Below, piece by piece: positions 9,946 through 19,044 of a stretch of 59,217 nt of DNA. Below the pieces are notes generated by a model. The model did no database searches. It was not told where the DNA came from and worked only from the letters and a program-made list of their open reading frames with translations. Numbering within the stretch: the first letter of the stretch is position 1; every line of letters begins with the position of its first letter. The position numbers were made by a program, and so were the translations under genes. The DNA is from a bacterium (GTDB taxonomy: Bacteria > Patescibacteriota > Patescibacteriia > 2-01-FULL-39-33). The stretch is taken from the NCBI GenBank assembly GCA_037130015.1, contig JBAXTU010000003.1, forward strand, positions 1 through 59,217, in the 5' to 3' direction.

Positions 9946-10743
9946 ATGGAAATATCAATTATAATTAATAATTATCAAACCAAAGGACTTTTAAAACAAT
10001 GTTTGAGGGGGATTTTTACTTTTCCGCCAAGCGTTGAATTTGAGGTTATTGTAGTGGATAATAATTCTAATGATGGCACCGTGGAGATGGTGCGAGAAAA
10101 TTTTCCACAAGTGAAATTGATTGCTTCCTTGGAAAATTTAGGTCATCACAGAGGTAATAATTTAGGTATTAAAAGTTCAAACGGAAAATATATTTTGATT
10201 TTAAATACAGACATTGCCATCGTGGACAATGCTATTGATAAATTGTATCAGTTTATGCAAGGTCATGAGCAAGTGGCCTTGGTGGGTCCTAGGCTTCGTA
10301 ATCCTGATAATTCTATTCAATTGTCTTGCATGCGGTTTCCAGCACCTTGGGTGCCTTTGTATCGTCGGACTTTTTTGGGTAACTTTTCTTTTGCTAAAAA
10401 GAAATTAGATCAATATTTAATGACTGATTTTAATCACGAGACTACCAGGGAAGTAGATTGGATATTGGGTGCCTGTGAAATGGTGAGGCGGAGCGCTATT
10501 GATAAAGTGGGACTGATGGATGAATATCTATTTTTATATTTTGGCGATGTGGCTTGGTGTAAAAAATTTCATGATAATGGCTATGGCGTTTATTATTTTG
10601 CTGGCGCTGATATTGTGCATTACCATAAGCGTGAGTCGGCTGAGAGCGGACTATTTTCCAGAATTTTCTGGATTCATATCTTTGATTGGTTAAAATATTT
10701 AAAAAAATATTCCAAAAAAAATGTGGTTCAAAAAAACACATAG
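9946..10743 (+). CDS. family-2 glycosyltransferase
   Basis: MEISIIINNYQ...VVDNNSNDGT is a GT2 start. I chose the ATG at 9946 rather than the ORF-track start at 9922, which overlaps the previous gene. Confidence 0.85.
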   Translation: MEISIIINNYQTKGLLKQCLRGIFTFPPSVEFEVIVVDNNSNDGTVEMVRENFPQVKLIASLENLGHHRGNNLGIKSSNGKYILILNTDIAIVDNAIDKLYQFMQGHEQVALVGPRLRNPDNSIQLSCMRFPAPWVPLYRRTFLGNFSFAKKKLDQYLMTDFNHETTREVDWILGACEMVRRSAIDKVGLMDEYLFLYFGDVAWCKKFHDNGYGVYYFAGADIVHYHKRESAESGLFSRIFWIHIFDWLKYLKKYSKKNVVQKNT

Positions 10744-10744
10744 C

Positions 10745-12694
10745 ATGTCGCCGGTAGAAAGTTTATTTACAAATTCGCATCATAAAACTTCACCGTGGCC
10801 TAAGAGAATAATGATTTTTATAGTTATTATTATTTTATTGGCTTTGATTTTTTTAATTCCTTTGGTTGTGCAAGGTGTGCGTATTGCTGGTCAAATTAAA
10901 AATGTTAATAGCCAGGTGACAATAGTGACCGAGGCATTATCTCAAAAGGATTTTAAAGCTACAAATCTCGGTATTAAAAATATTAAAATTAATTTGCTCT
11001 CTATACAAAATGAAATCAACCATTTGGGTTTGATTACTTGGGTGCCACCATTCAAGCAAAAAATTGTTTTAGGTGACCAGTTATTGGGTGCAGCTGTGTC
11101 CTTGCTCAGTAGCTATGATCGGGTTTTTATGTTGGTGGGAGACATGAAAAACAGTCCAGATTTGGAGCAGGCTTTTTCTGATTTGAATAATCCTGCTAAA
11201 CGGCAAACACTACTCAAGTCACTTGTTGATAATCAAGATACGCTTTCAAAAATAAATAATGAATTACTTTCGGCCAGATTAATTTTAAAAAATATTAATA
11301 GTAATGACTTTAATGGTTTTGGTCAAGATAAATTAACAGAAATTTATAATACCCTAAATCAGTTGGCTGATAGTAGTGAATTAGCTATTCCTCTTTTACA
11401 AAAATTACCTCAGCTTGTTGGCTATAAACAGGCCAAAACATATTTATTGGTTTTTCAAAATAATACAGAATTGCGTCCGACTGGAGGGTTTATTGGCTCT
11501 TATGGTTTAATCACTATTGAGGATGGAGAAATAAAAAATTTCACCACTGATGATGTTTATAATCTGGACAAATTAGTCAAAGATAAAATGCAGATACCAG
11601 CACCTTGGCCTATAAACGCTTTTATTAGTCAGAAGTATTGGTTTATGCGTGACGCTAATTGGTCTCCGGATTGGCCAACTTCTGCTCAACAGATAGCTTG
11701 GTTTTTTGGAGAAGAAAGAAGATTAGCTGGCTTGCCACCTCAGCAAGTTGATGGCGTAATCGCTCTTAATCCTGATTTTGTAGCTAATTTGTTGGACGTT
11801 ATTGGTCCTATTGTTGCTAATAATGTGGTTTTTGATTCCCAGAATTTTACTCGTGATTTGGAGCAGTTTGTGGAATTTGATTATGCTAAAACCGGTATTC
11901 CCATTGAGCAACGTAAGGCTATTATTGGTAAATTGGCCGGAGAAATAATTAATCGTGTTTCCAAACTTCCGCCCAAAGATTTGATTAAGATTTGGCTGGC
12001 TTTCAAAAAAAATATTGATGAAAAACAAATTTTAGCATATACCAAAGATGAAGATTTAGAGCAATATTTTATTGATAATGATTGGGCTGGAGTAGTTATG
12101 GCCACGGATGGTGACTATGCCATGGTGGTTGATAGTAATTTGGCTTCACTAAAGACCGATCAGGCTATGAAAAAGGGGATTAACTATTCTTTGCACCTTG
12201 ATAGTTCTGGCGATTTAATTGGGCGATTGGAGATTATTTATCAGCATAATAGTGCGCCAGTTAAAGATTTGGTCACTCGCTATCGTAATTATGCCAGGAT
12301 TTATTTACCGACAAATACTTGGATTTTAAAAGGCTATACTCAGCAAGGCAGTCAGCAAACTGATTTAAAAATCGGATCTGATTTGCAAATTTCCAAGGAT
12401 TTAAATAAAACAGTGGTAGCCACTTTTTTGACCATTGAGCCCCTGACCACCAAGATCTTGGTTTTGGAATATCGTTTGCCTGAAAATATTAAACAGCAAT
12501 ATCAAAAGGGGTTGTACAAATTAATTGTTCAAAAACAGCCGGGCATTAATGGACAGAATTTGAAAATTGATTTAAAGTTTGATAAGAACATCGCGGCCTA
12601 TCATGCCGTGGATAGTCCCAGTATCGCCGGTATTAGGGAAATGGCATGGCAAATGGCGTTTAAGGTGGACAAGGAGCTAATTTTTAAATTCTAA
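10745..12694 (+). CDS. DUF4012 domain membrane protein
   Basis: One N-terminal TM helix, then the signature LLVFQNNTELRPTGGFIGSYG and RDANWSPDWP seen in DUF4012 proteins. The ATG at 10745 avoids overlap with the upstream GT2. Confidence 0.8.
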   Translation: MSPVESLFTNSHHKTSPWPKRIMIFIVIIILLALIFLIPLVVQGVRIAGQIKNVNSQVTIVTEALSQKDFKATNLGIKNIKINLLSIQNEINHLGLITWVPPFKQKIVLGDQLLGAAVSLLSSYDRVFMLVGDMKNSPDLEQAFSDLNNPAKRQTLLKSLVDNQDTLSKINNELLSARLILKNINSNDFNGFGQDKLTEIYNTLNQLADSSELAIPLLQKLPQLVGYKQAKTYLLVFQNNTELRPTGGFIGSYGLITIEDGEIKNFTTDDVYNLDKLVKDKMQIPAPWPINAFISQKYWFMRDANWSPDWPTSAQQIAWFFGEERRLAGLPPQQVDGVIALNPDFVANLLDVIGPIVANNVVFDSQNFTRDLEQFVEFDYAKTGIPIEQRKAIIGKLAGEIINRVSKLPPKDLIKIWLAFKKNIDEKQILAYTKDEDLEQYFIDNDWAGVVMATDGDYAMVVDSNLASLKTDQAMKKGINYSLHLDSSGDLIGRLEIIYQHNSAPVKDLVTRYRNYARIYLPTNTWILKGYTQQGSQQTDLKIGSDLQISKDLNKTVVATFLTIEPLTTKILVLEYRLPENIKQQYQKGLYKLIVQKQPGINGQNLKIDLKFDKNIAAYHAVDSPSIAGIREMAWQMAFKVDKELIFKF

Positions 12695-12698
12695 TTTC

Positions 12699-13706
12699 AT
12701 GTTTTTAAAGAAAATAGGTATTGATTTGGGCACCACCAATGTCCTGGTTTATGTTCCTAAAAAAGGTATTGTTATTAATGAACCGTCAGTAGTGGCTATT
12801 TCCAGTGTGGATAAAAAGATTATTGCCGTTGGATCAGAAGCTAAGGAAATGCTTGGTCGCACTCCTGATACTATTATTGCCCAAAAACCTCTCAAAGAAG
12901 GTGTAATAGCCGATTATAAGACGACAGAGGCCATGTTAAGATATTTTATTAACAAGGCTCTTGGTGGCGTTAGATTGTTCCGTCCTGAAGTTATGGTAGC
13001 TGTGCCGGCTGGCATCACTTCTACTGAAAGGCGTGCTGTGGTTGATGCGACCATTACAGCCGGAGCCAAAGCTGCATATATTATCAAAGAACCGATTGTG
13101 GCGGCTATTGGTGCTAATATTCCTATCGGCTCGGCATCTGGTCATATGATTATAGATATTGGCGGTGGTACTTCAGAAATCGCGGTCATTTCTCTTGGCG
13201 GTATGGTGTGTTCCACTTCGGTTAGAATTGGTGGCACCAAATTTGATTCGGCTATTTCTGAATTTATTCGCAGGAAATATGGTTTGGCCATCGGCGAACG
13301 CACGGCCGAGGAAATAAAAATAAATATTGGATCAGCTTTATATTTGGAAGAAAAAATGTTTATGGACGTGAGAGGACGAGACATGATTTCTGGACTTCCT
13401 AAAACTATTGTGGTTTCATCTGATGATGTCACCGAATCAATTAATCAAGAATTGGAAGGCATTATAGCCGCAGTCAAAAATGTTTTGCTTCGCACTCCGC
13501 CAGAGCTTTCGGCTGATGTTATTGATAAAGGTGTGGTTATGAGTGGCGGTTCCAGTCTGCTTAGAAATATTGATAAGCTTGTCACTCAAGCCACGGGCAT
13601 TTCAGCTTATGTGGCTGATGAAGCTCTGTATTGTGTGGCCAAAGGCACGGGCATTGCCTTGGAGAATTTGGAGAGTTATAAGAGATCAATACTTGCTACT
13701 AAGTAG
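12699..13706 (+). CDS. mreB: rod-shape-determining actin homologue MreB, paralogue 1
   Basis: 335 aa with actin-fold phosphate and adenosine motifs IGIDLGTTNVLVY, DIGGGTSEIAVISLGG and MSGGSSLLRNID. Confidence 0.93.
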   Translation: MFLKKIGIDLGTTNVLVYVPKKGIVINEPSVVAISSVDKKIIAVGSEAKEMLGRTPDTIIAQKPLKEGVIADYKTTEAMLRYFINKALGGVRLFRPEVMVAVPAGITSTERRAVVDATITAGAKAAYIIKEPIVAAIGANIPIGSASGHMIIDIGGGTSEIAVISLGGMVCSTSVRIGGTKFDSAISEFIRRKYGLAIGERTAEEIKINIGSALYLEEKMFMDVRGRDMISGLPKTIVVSSDDVTESINQELEGIIAAVKNVLLRTPPELSADVIDKGVVMSGGSSLLRNIDKLVTQATGISAYVADEALYCVAKGTGIALENLESYKRSILATK

Positions 13707-13723
13707 ATTTTTTATTTAAATTT

Positions 13724-14872
13724 ATGATCATCGGTATAGACGCCTCGCGCGCCAATAAACCAAACAAAACCGGCACAGAGTGGTACTCTTGGCATTTGAT
13801 TGAAGAATTAAAAAAGATCACCCTCCTTCCCAAGGAGGGGGTTGGGGGTGGTTTGCCGTCGTCAGACAAATTTTTATTATACACCAATAATCCGCTTACA
13901 GGAGACTTGGCGACTTTGTCAGCTAATTTTTCTCAGCGGATTTTGAATTGGCCACCAAAATATTTGTGGACACAAATTAGGTTATGGTGGGAGTTGTGGC
14001 GGAATACGCCTGATGTTTTGGTGGTGCCGGCTCACACTATTCCTTTTTTACCATTGCCAAAAAAAATAAAGATTTTGGTTAATGTACATGATGTAGGTTG
14101 GAAGCGTTTTCCGAATTTATATAAGCCCATTCAAATTTGGTATCACGATTGGACTATGCGACGCATCAAACAACGTGCCGATGTTATTATTACCATTTCG
14201 GAATTTTCTAAGCGGGAAATCATGGAATTATATCAAGTGCCGGCTGAAAAAATAAAGGTGGTTTATTTAGGATTTGACTCAACACAATTTAGTCAACAAA
14301 AAAATAATAACGCTGACGCTGTTTTACAAAAATATAAAATTACCAAACCATATCTGCTTTATGTTGGTAGATTAGAAAAAAAGAAAAATATTGGCAATAT
14401 GATTTTAGCTTTTGCACTCGCCAAGGAAAAGTTTTCTGATTTAAAATTAGTCCTCGCTGGCAGTGAAGGCCATCAGTTTGAAGAAATAAAAAAAATAATT
14501 ACCGAACATAAGCTGGAAAATGAAGTGATTATTACAGGTTATGTGGACTCTGTTGATTTGCCAATAATTTATAATCAAGCGCAAATATTTTTGTTTCCCA
14601 CCTTATATGAAGGTTTTGGCTTGCCGATTTTAGAAGCTATGGCCTCTGGTGTGCCGGTTATTACTTCTGATATGAATCCTCATCGTGAAGTTGGTGGCAA
14701 ATCAGCTGTTTACACAGATCCGCAAAGTCCGGAAAGAATGGCTGAGATAATTAGTAATATTTTGACGGTTGATGGTTTTAGGACTGAGTTGATTGCCAGC
14801 GGATTGGAGCGAGTGAAGGAGTTTTCTTGGGAGAAGACCGCTAAAGAGATTTTAGAAATTATTTTAGCTTAA
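13724..14872 (+). CDS. family-4 (GT-B, GT1-type) glycosyltransferase
   Basis: C-terminal FLFPTLYEGFGLPILEAMASGVPVITS is the E-x7-E GT4 signature. Confidence 0.9.
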   Translation: MIIGIDASRANKPNKTGTEWYSWHLIEELKKITLLPKEGVGGGLPSSDKFLLYTNNPLTGDLATLSANFSQRILNWPPKYLWTQIRLWWELWRNTPDVLVVPAHTIPFLPLPKKIKILVNVHDVGWKRFPNLYKPIQIWYHDWTMRRIKQRADVIITISEFSKREIMELYQVPAEKIKVVYLGFDSTQFSQQKNNNADAVLQKYKITKPYLLYVGRLEKKKNIGNMILAFALAKEKFSDLKLVLAGSEGHQFEEIKKIITEHKLENEVIITGYVDSVDLPIIYNQAQIFLFPTLYEGFGLPILEAMASGVPVITSDMNPHREVGGKSAVYTDPQSPERMAEIISNILTVDGFRTELIASGLERVKEFSWEKTAKEILEIILA

Positions 14873-14907
14873 ATTATTTTTTTTAGAATAGGCGAGCACC
14901 CACGACG

Positions 14908-14948
14908 AAAAAAACCGCTTCGGCATGCCGAAGCGGTGTTTGTTTTTT
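14908..14948. terminator. bidirectional intrinsic terminator
   Basis: ACCGCTTCGGC/GCCGAAGCGGT stem (14914-14937), flanked by an A-run upstream and a T-rich run downstream. It sits between convergent genes. Confidence 0.8.
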
Positions 14949-14962
14949 GTTTGTGTTTGATA

Positions 14963-15511
14963 TCAAAAGGGAATATTATCCTCTGAAATCGGCTCGCACA
15001 ACTTTTTCCTTTTTTCATTCTCCATTTGCGTATTGAAAAAAACTCTCGGATCTTGTACTGATTCGGCTGGTCGCATCAGATTAATGTTAATGTCTTCTTC
15101 CTCTTCCGGCTTAATGACGATAAGACGCAAAGTCTCGCAAAAGATCAAGACGCCGTCCGGGTGAGACTGCCACCATTTCATAGGGCCGTCATATAGTAGT
15201 TGGATGGCATTGAGATAGAGTTTATTATCTAACTGAATGATAAATCCCAGTTTGTGGCCCTCAATTTTGATACATTTTTCCGAATGATCGGTGGTAGCTT
15301 GTTGCCAGAGTATTTTTTCAGGATCTCCGTTCAACAACACTTGTTTTTCTGTTTTATCAATGGCAATGAAACCATCAATGTGCCAGGAAACCGGTATAAA
15401 TTTTTCCGTGGTTTCTTGGTTGGCTAAGGTGATGGCTTCGCCACTCGTGGCTTGTGCCACCAGCTCGTGAAAATCATCTCCATGGATTTTTTTATGCAAG
15501 GTCATAGTCAT
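14963..15511 (-). CDS. hypothetical cytoplasmic protein (orphan)
   Basis: 182-aa ORF on the opposite strand to its neighbours, preceded by a canonical AGGAGG (rc of 15521-15526) 9 nt upstream of the ATG. I recognise no family motif. Confidence 0.6.
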   Translation of the reverse strand: MTMTLHKKIHGDDFHELVAQATSGEAITLANQETTEKFIPVSWHIDGFIAIDKTEKQVLLNGDPEKILWQQATTDHSEKCIKIEGHKLGFIIQLDNKLYLNAIQLLYDGPMKWWQSHPDGVLIFCETLRLIVIKPEEEEDININLMRPAESVQDPRVFFNTQMENEKRKKLCEPISEDNIPF

Positions 15512-15615
15512 GCTATTTTTCCTCCTTTGTTGTTTTAAGGAACACTGTTATTATTGACACCTTAAGACTACTAAATTGGCTGATTTTGTCAAGCCTGCCT
15601 ACTGTATAAACGGGT

Positions 15616-15644
15616 TTGCTAGGAGCTCCTTAAAATGTTATAAT
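15616..15644 (+). promoter_or_regulatory. sigma70-like promoter with embedded 10-bp palindrome upstream of the MNT/HEPN pair
   Basis: TTGCTA (15616-15621), 17-nt spacer, TATAAT (15639-15644). The perfect palindrome AGGAGCTCCT (15621-15630) lies in the spacer. Confidence 0.5.
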
Positions 15645-15668
15645 TGATTTGTAAAATAACGGTTTGGA

Positions 15669-15965
15669 ATGATAAGCTCGGCGTATCAAAAAAAAATTAA
15701 AAAGATTATCGCTCCTATTTTAAAAGAAAGCCGGGCCGAGGTTTTTATTTTTGGCACGGCCGCCAGAGCAGTGCGTTTTGGTGATGTTGATTTGGCGATT
15801 AACGGCCAAGTCAGCCGAAATGAAATCAGGCAAATCAAAGTCGTGCTGGAGGATTCCAATCTGCCGTATTTTTTTGATGTAGTGGATTTTAAAAAAACAA
15901 CCAAAAGTTTCCGCGATAATATCTTAAATAACAAAATTATATGGCTGATCAAACGTTCAAATTAA
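15669..15965 (+). CDS. minimal nucleotidyltransferase (MNT) domain protein, antitoxin-like
   Basis: 98 aa. IFGTAARAVRFGDVDLAI matches the G-x-x-x-R...D-x-D Pol-beta-type NTase motif. The gene overlaps the downstream HEPN gene by 25 nt. Confidence 0.8.
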   Translation: MISSAYQKKIKKIIAPILKESRAEVFIFGTAARAVRFGDVDLAINGQVSRNEIRQIKVVLEDSNLPYFFDVVDFKKTTKSFRDNILNNKIIWLIKRSN

Positions 15966-16336
15966 AATTAAAGCAATTTAAGAAAGCCTTGCTAAGTCTG
16001 GAAGAATCTTTACGGCTCAGAAAAAGCAAATTGAGTCGCGATTCATCCATTAAGCGATTTGAATTTTCTTATGAATTGGCTTGGAAGACGGCCAAGGAAT
16101 TTTTGCGCGAACGGCACGGTTTGGAAAGCACTTCGCCCAAAGAGTGTTTCAAGGAATTGCGCCGGCAGGGATTATTAAATGAGGCTGAGACCGAAATCGC
16201 TTTGGCCATGATTATTGACCGTAATTTGGCCGTGCACACTTATAATGAAAAATTTGCCGATGAGCTGTTTGAATCCATCAAGAAGAAATATTTTATTTGG
16301 CTCAACAATTTGTCGCAGAAAATAAAAGTAGAATAA
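15941..16336 (+). CDS. HEPN / nucleotidyltransferase substrate-binding protein (HI0074 family), toxin-like
   Basis: 131 aa and all-helical, with an R-x4-H motif (DRNLAVHTY) and the FEFSYELAWKTAKEFL pattern of HI0074-family proteins. Confidence 0.82.
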   Translation: MADQTFKLKLKQFKKALLSLEESLRLRKSKLSRDSSIKRFEFSYELAWKTAKEFLRERHGLESTSPKECFKELRRQGLLNEAETEIALAMIIDRNLAVHTYNEKFADELFESIKKKYFIWLNNLSQKIKVE

Positions 16337-16346
16337 ATTTTTATTA

Positions 16347-17378
16347 ATGGAAAAGACTTATCAGCAGTTTAATTGGGATATTTGCGGTCACGAGCCTATT
16401 GTGAATTTTTTACAATCGGCTATTATTTCTGAGCGGGTGGCACATGCCTATCTTTTTGTCGGTCCAGCTGGGCTAGGCAAATTTTCCGTTGCCAAAGAAT
16501 TCATAAAGTCTTTGTTTTGTTCACAGTCTGGAGAAATTAGTCCATGTGGCAAATGTCATCATTGCCGGCAGTTAAAAAATGGTGTCCATCCTGATGTTTA
16601 TGTGGTGGAAAAACAAGTTAATGAAAAAACTGGCAAGCTCAAGCGCGAAATTGTAATTGATCAGATCAGGGATTTAAAAAGCCGTTTGCAACAGGCTACA
16701 CTGCTTAATAGCTATAAAGTGGCCATTATTTCCGAAGCTCAATTTATAAATACTGAGGCGGCCAATGCGATTCTTAAAATTTTGGAAGAGCCAACCCCAA
16801 AAACCGTGATTATTTTGATTGCTGATGATGCTGATGAATTGCCCTCCACTGTGGCTTCCCGTTGCCAAGTATTGAAATTTTTACCAGTGGCTAAAAAAGA
16901 AATAGAAAAATATTTAGGGCGCAGTGGGGTGAGCATGGAAGAAACTAAAAAACTATCAGCCATGGCCGTGGGCCGTCCAGGTTTGGCTTTGTCTTTTTGG
17001 CAGGATAATGAAAAACAAATTAAATATAATAAGCAAACAATTGATTTTTTAAATCTCAGTATTTCGCCGTTATCAAAAAGATTTTCGTTTGTGGCTGATT
17101 TGATTGATTGGGATAAAGACGATGGTGTCAATATTGGAAGTTTAAAAGAAATGTTCAGTGTTTGGCGGAGTATGCTAAGGGATTGTTTGCTGTTTCAATC
17201 TGATAGCCGTCAACTTATGGCTAATATGAGCAGTGTTATTGGAATTGAAAAAAATCAATCTGTTTTTTCTTATTTTAAAATCAAAAAAAATTTGGAAGCC
17301 ATAAATTCGGCCGAGGCTTATTTTGACAGGAATATTTCAGCTAAAAACGTTTTAGAAAATTTAATTATAAAATTATGA
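16347..17378 (+). CDS. holB: DNA polymerase III delta-prime subunit
   Basis: AHAYLFVGPAGLGKFSVA (degenerate Walker A), a zinc module CGKCHHC, and an SRC motif (VASRCQVLKF). Confidence 0.85.
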   Translation: MEKTYQQFNWDICGHEPIVNFLQSAIISERVAHAYLFVGPAGLGKFSVAKEFIKSLFCSQSGEISPCGKCHHCRQLKNGVHPDVYVVEKQVNEKTGKLKREIVIDQIRDLKSRLQQATLLNSYKVAIISEAQFINTEAANAILKILEEPTPKTVIILIADDADELPSTVASRCQVLKFLPVAKKEIEKYLGRSGVSMEETKKLSAMAVGRPGLALSFWQDNEKQIKYNKQTIDFLNLSISPLSKRFSFVADLIDWDKDDGVNIGSLKEMFSVWRSMLRDCLLFQSDSRQLMANMSSVIGIEKNQSVFSYFKIKKNLEAINSAEAYFDRNISAKNVLENLIIKL

Positions 17379-18442
17379 AAAATAATTTTTTTTGGTTAGC
17401 ACTATTAGTTGTGATATTTTTGAGCGGTTGTAATGTTCAAACCACTGGTTTAAGTGGTTCAAAAAATACTGTGGCCAAAATTGATGGTGGAGTTTGGAAA
17501 TCAATTGACAGTGGCAATGTTTGGAATCAGTCTGTGGCCATAGCAACTACTAATAATAAGTCTAGTAGTATCGGCAATACAGATATTAAAAAAATTATTT
17601 TTGATCCGCTTGACCATCAAGCTCTTTATGCTGTCACAAAATCAGACGGTGTTGTTTATACGTATGATGCCGGCGCTTCTTGGAGACAATTTGCTTTGCC
17701 AGTTGGTCATTTTTATTCCTTTACTGTCAGTCCAAAAAATAAATGCCAACTTTACACTTTGGTTGATAATAAAATATATCAATCAGTTGATTGTGGGCGC
17801 ACTTGGCAAAATTCATATTTTCATCAAGAAAAAGATGTTTATCTGTCAGATATTGCTATTAATAAAAGCAATCCTTCAATTTTATTTTTAGGAACTTCCA
17901 ATGGAAATATTTTGCGTAGCATAAATGGCGGACAAAGTTGGAGTGTTTTGTATAGAATAAAAAATGCTCAAATTGTTGATTTTATACAAGATCCGAATGA
18001 TAATAATGTTATTTATGTGGCCACCAAAAATAGTGGCTTATACAAGACTCTTGATGGTGGCGCTTCTTGGCGTTCGTTAGGCGACGGTCTTAAATCATAT
18101 TCCGGTAGTAGTGAATATTATACATTGGTTATTGACAAGGCTACACCAGGCGGTTTGATTTTAGTTTCTAAATTTGGTATTTTAAAAAGTACAGATGGTG
18201 GTATTAGTTGGATAATTATTGATCTGGTGCCAGGATCTCAATCTACTTCTATTGAGACTTTGGCTGTCAATCCTCAAAATAGTAAAGAAATTTATTATAC
18301 TACTAGTGATAGTCTGGTTAAAACAATAGATGGTGGAGTCACTTGGTCTTCGCATAAATTGCCGTTTGATCGTTCGGCTCCATGCATAGCCATTGATCCA
18401 GTTAATCCCAAAGTAGTTTATTTGTGTGCATTTAAAAAATAA
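17375..18442 (+). CDS. lipoprotein with BNR/Asp-box repeats (beta-propeller, Ycf48/sialidase-like fold)
   Basis: Lipobox LSGC near the N-terminus. At least seven S/D-x-D-x-G-x-x-W repeats are present (DGGVWKS, DAGASWRQ, DCGRTWQN, NGGQSWSV, DGGASWRS, DGGISWII, DGGVTWSS). The start overlaps the holB stop (ATGA). Confidence 0.75.
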   Translation: MKNNFFWLALLVVIFLSGCNVQTTGLSGSKNTVAKIDGGVWKSIDSGNVWNQSVAIATTNNKSSSIGNTDIKKIIFDPLDHQALYAVTKSDGVVYTYDAGASWRQFALPVGHFYSFTVSPKNKCQLYTLVDNKIYQSVDCGRTWQNSYFHQEKDVYLSDIAINKSNPSILFLGTSNGNILRSINGGQSWSVLYRIKNAQIVDFIQDPNDNNVIYVATKNSGLYKTLDGGASWRSLGDGLKSYSGSSEYYTLVIDKATPGGLILVSKFGILKSTDGGISWIIIDLVPGSQSTSIETLAVNPQNSKEIYYTTSDSLVKTIDGGVTWSSHKLPFDRSAPCIAIDPVNPKVVYLCAFKK

Positions 18443-18459
18443 TTTAATAATAAATATTT

Positions 18460-19011
18460 ATGAAAATCATTGATAGTTATTTGCCGGAATTTGAGAAGGC
18501 AATTGAACATTTTAAAAAAGAAATCGCTGGACTAAAAACCGGTCGTGCTAATCCTGCTATTTTAGATAGTGTTTTTGTGGAAGCTTATGATAGTAAAGTG
18601 CCTATTAGTCAAGTTGGTTCCATTAGTGTGCCCGAAGCCAGATGTATTATTATTCAGCCGTGGGATAAAAGTATTGTTAAACAAATTGAAAAAGCCATCA
18701 GTGAGGCGAATCTTGGATTAAGTGTTGCTAACGAAGGCGAACGTCTGCGTGTGGTGGTGCCACAAATGACCGAGGAGTCAAGGAAAGATATTGTTAAATT
18801 ATTAAGTCAAAGAACCGAACAGGCCAGAGTATCTGTTCGTGGCACTCGTGACGAAGCTAAAGAGGCTATTATGACTGCGGAAAAAAATAAAGAGTTCGGT
18901 GAAGACGAAAGATATAATTTGACTGAAAATCTTGATGAAGTGACTCGTGGTTATACCGAACAAATCAAACAAATTGCCGATCAAAAAGAAGAAGAGATAA
19001 TGACTATTTAA
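18460..19011 (+). CDS. frr: ribosome recycling factor
   Basis: 183 aa. LKTGRANPAILDSV and RVSVRGTRDEAKE are typical RRF motifs. Confidence 0.95.
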   Translation: MKIIDSYLPEFEKAIEHFKKEIAGLKTGRANPAILDSVFVEAYDSKVPISQVGSISVPEARCIIIQPWDKSIVKQIEKAISEANLGLSVANEGERLRVVVPQMTEESRKDIVKLLSQRTEQARVSVRGTRDEAKEAIMTAEKNKEFGEDERYNLTENLDEVTRGYTEQIKQIADQKEEEIMTI

Positions 19012-19044
19012 TAAATTAATTTTTAATACAGTTTAATTTTTTTT

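Noticed and set aside
14888-14905. The motif AGGCGAGCAC(C/T)CACG occurs just after the stop codons of two plus-strand genes at convergent junctions (14890-14904 and 56576-56590).
   Set aside because: Only about 14 of 16 positions match. My rough estimate is that hundreds of such matches are expected by chance among all position pairs in 59 kb. No hairpin or further copies were seen.
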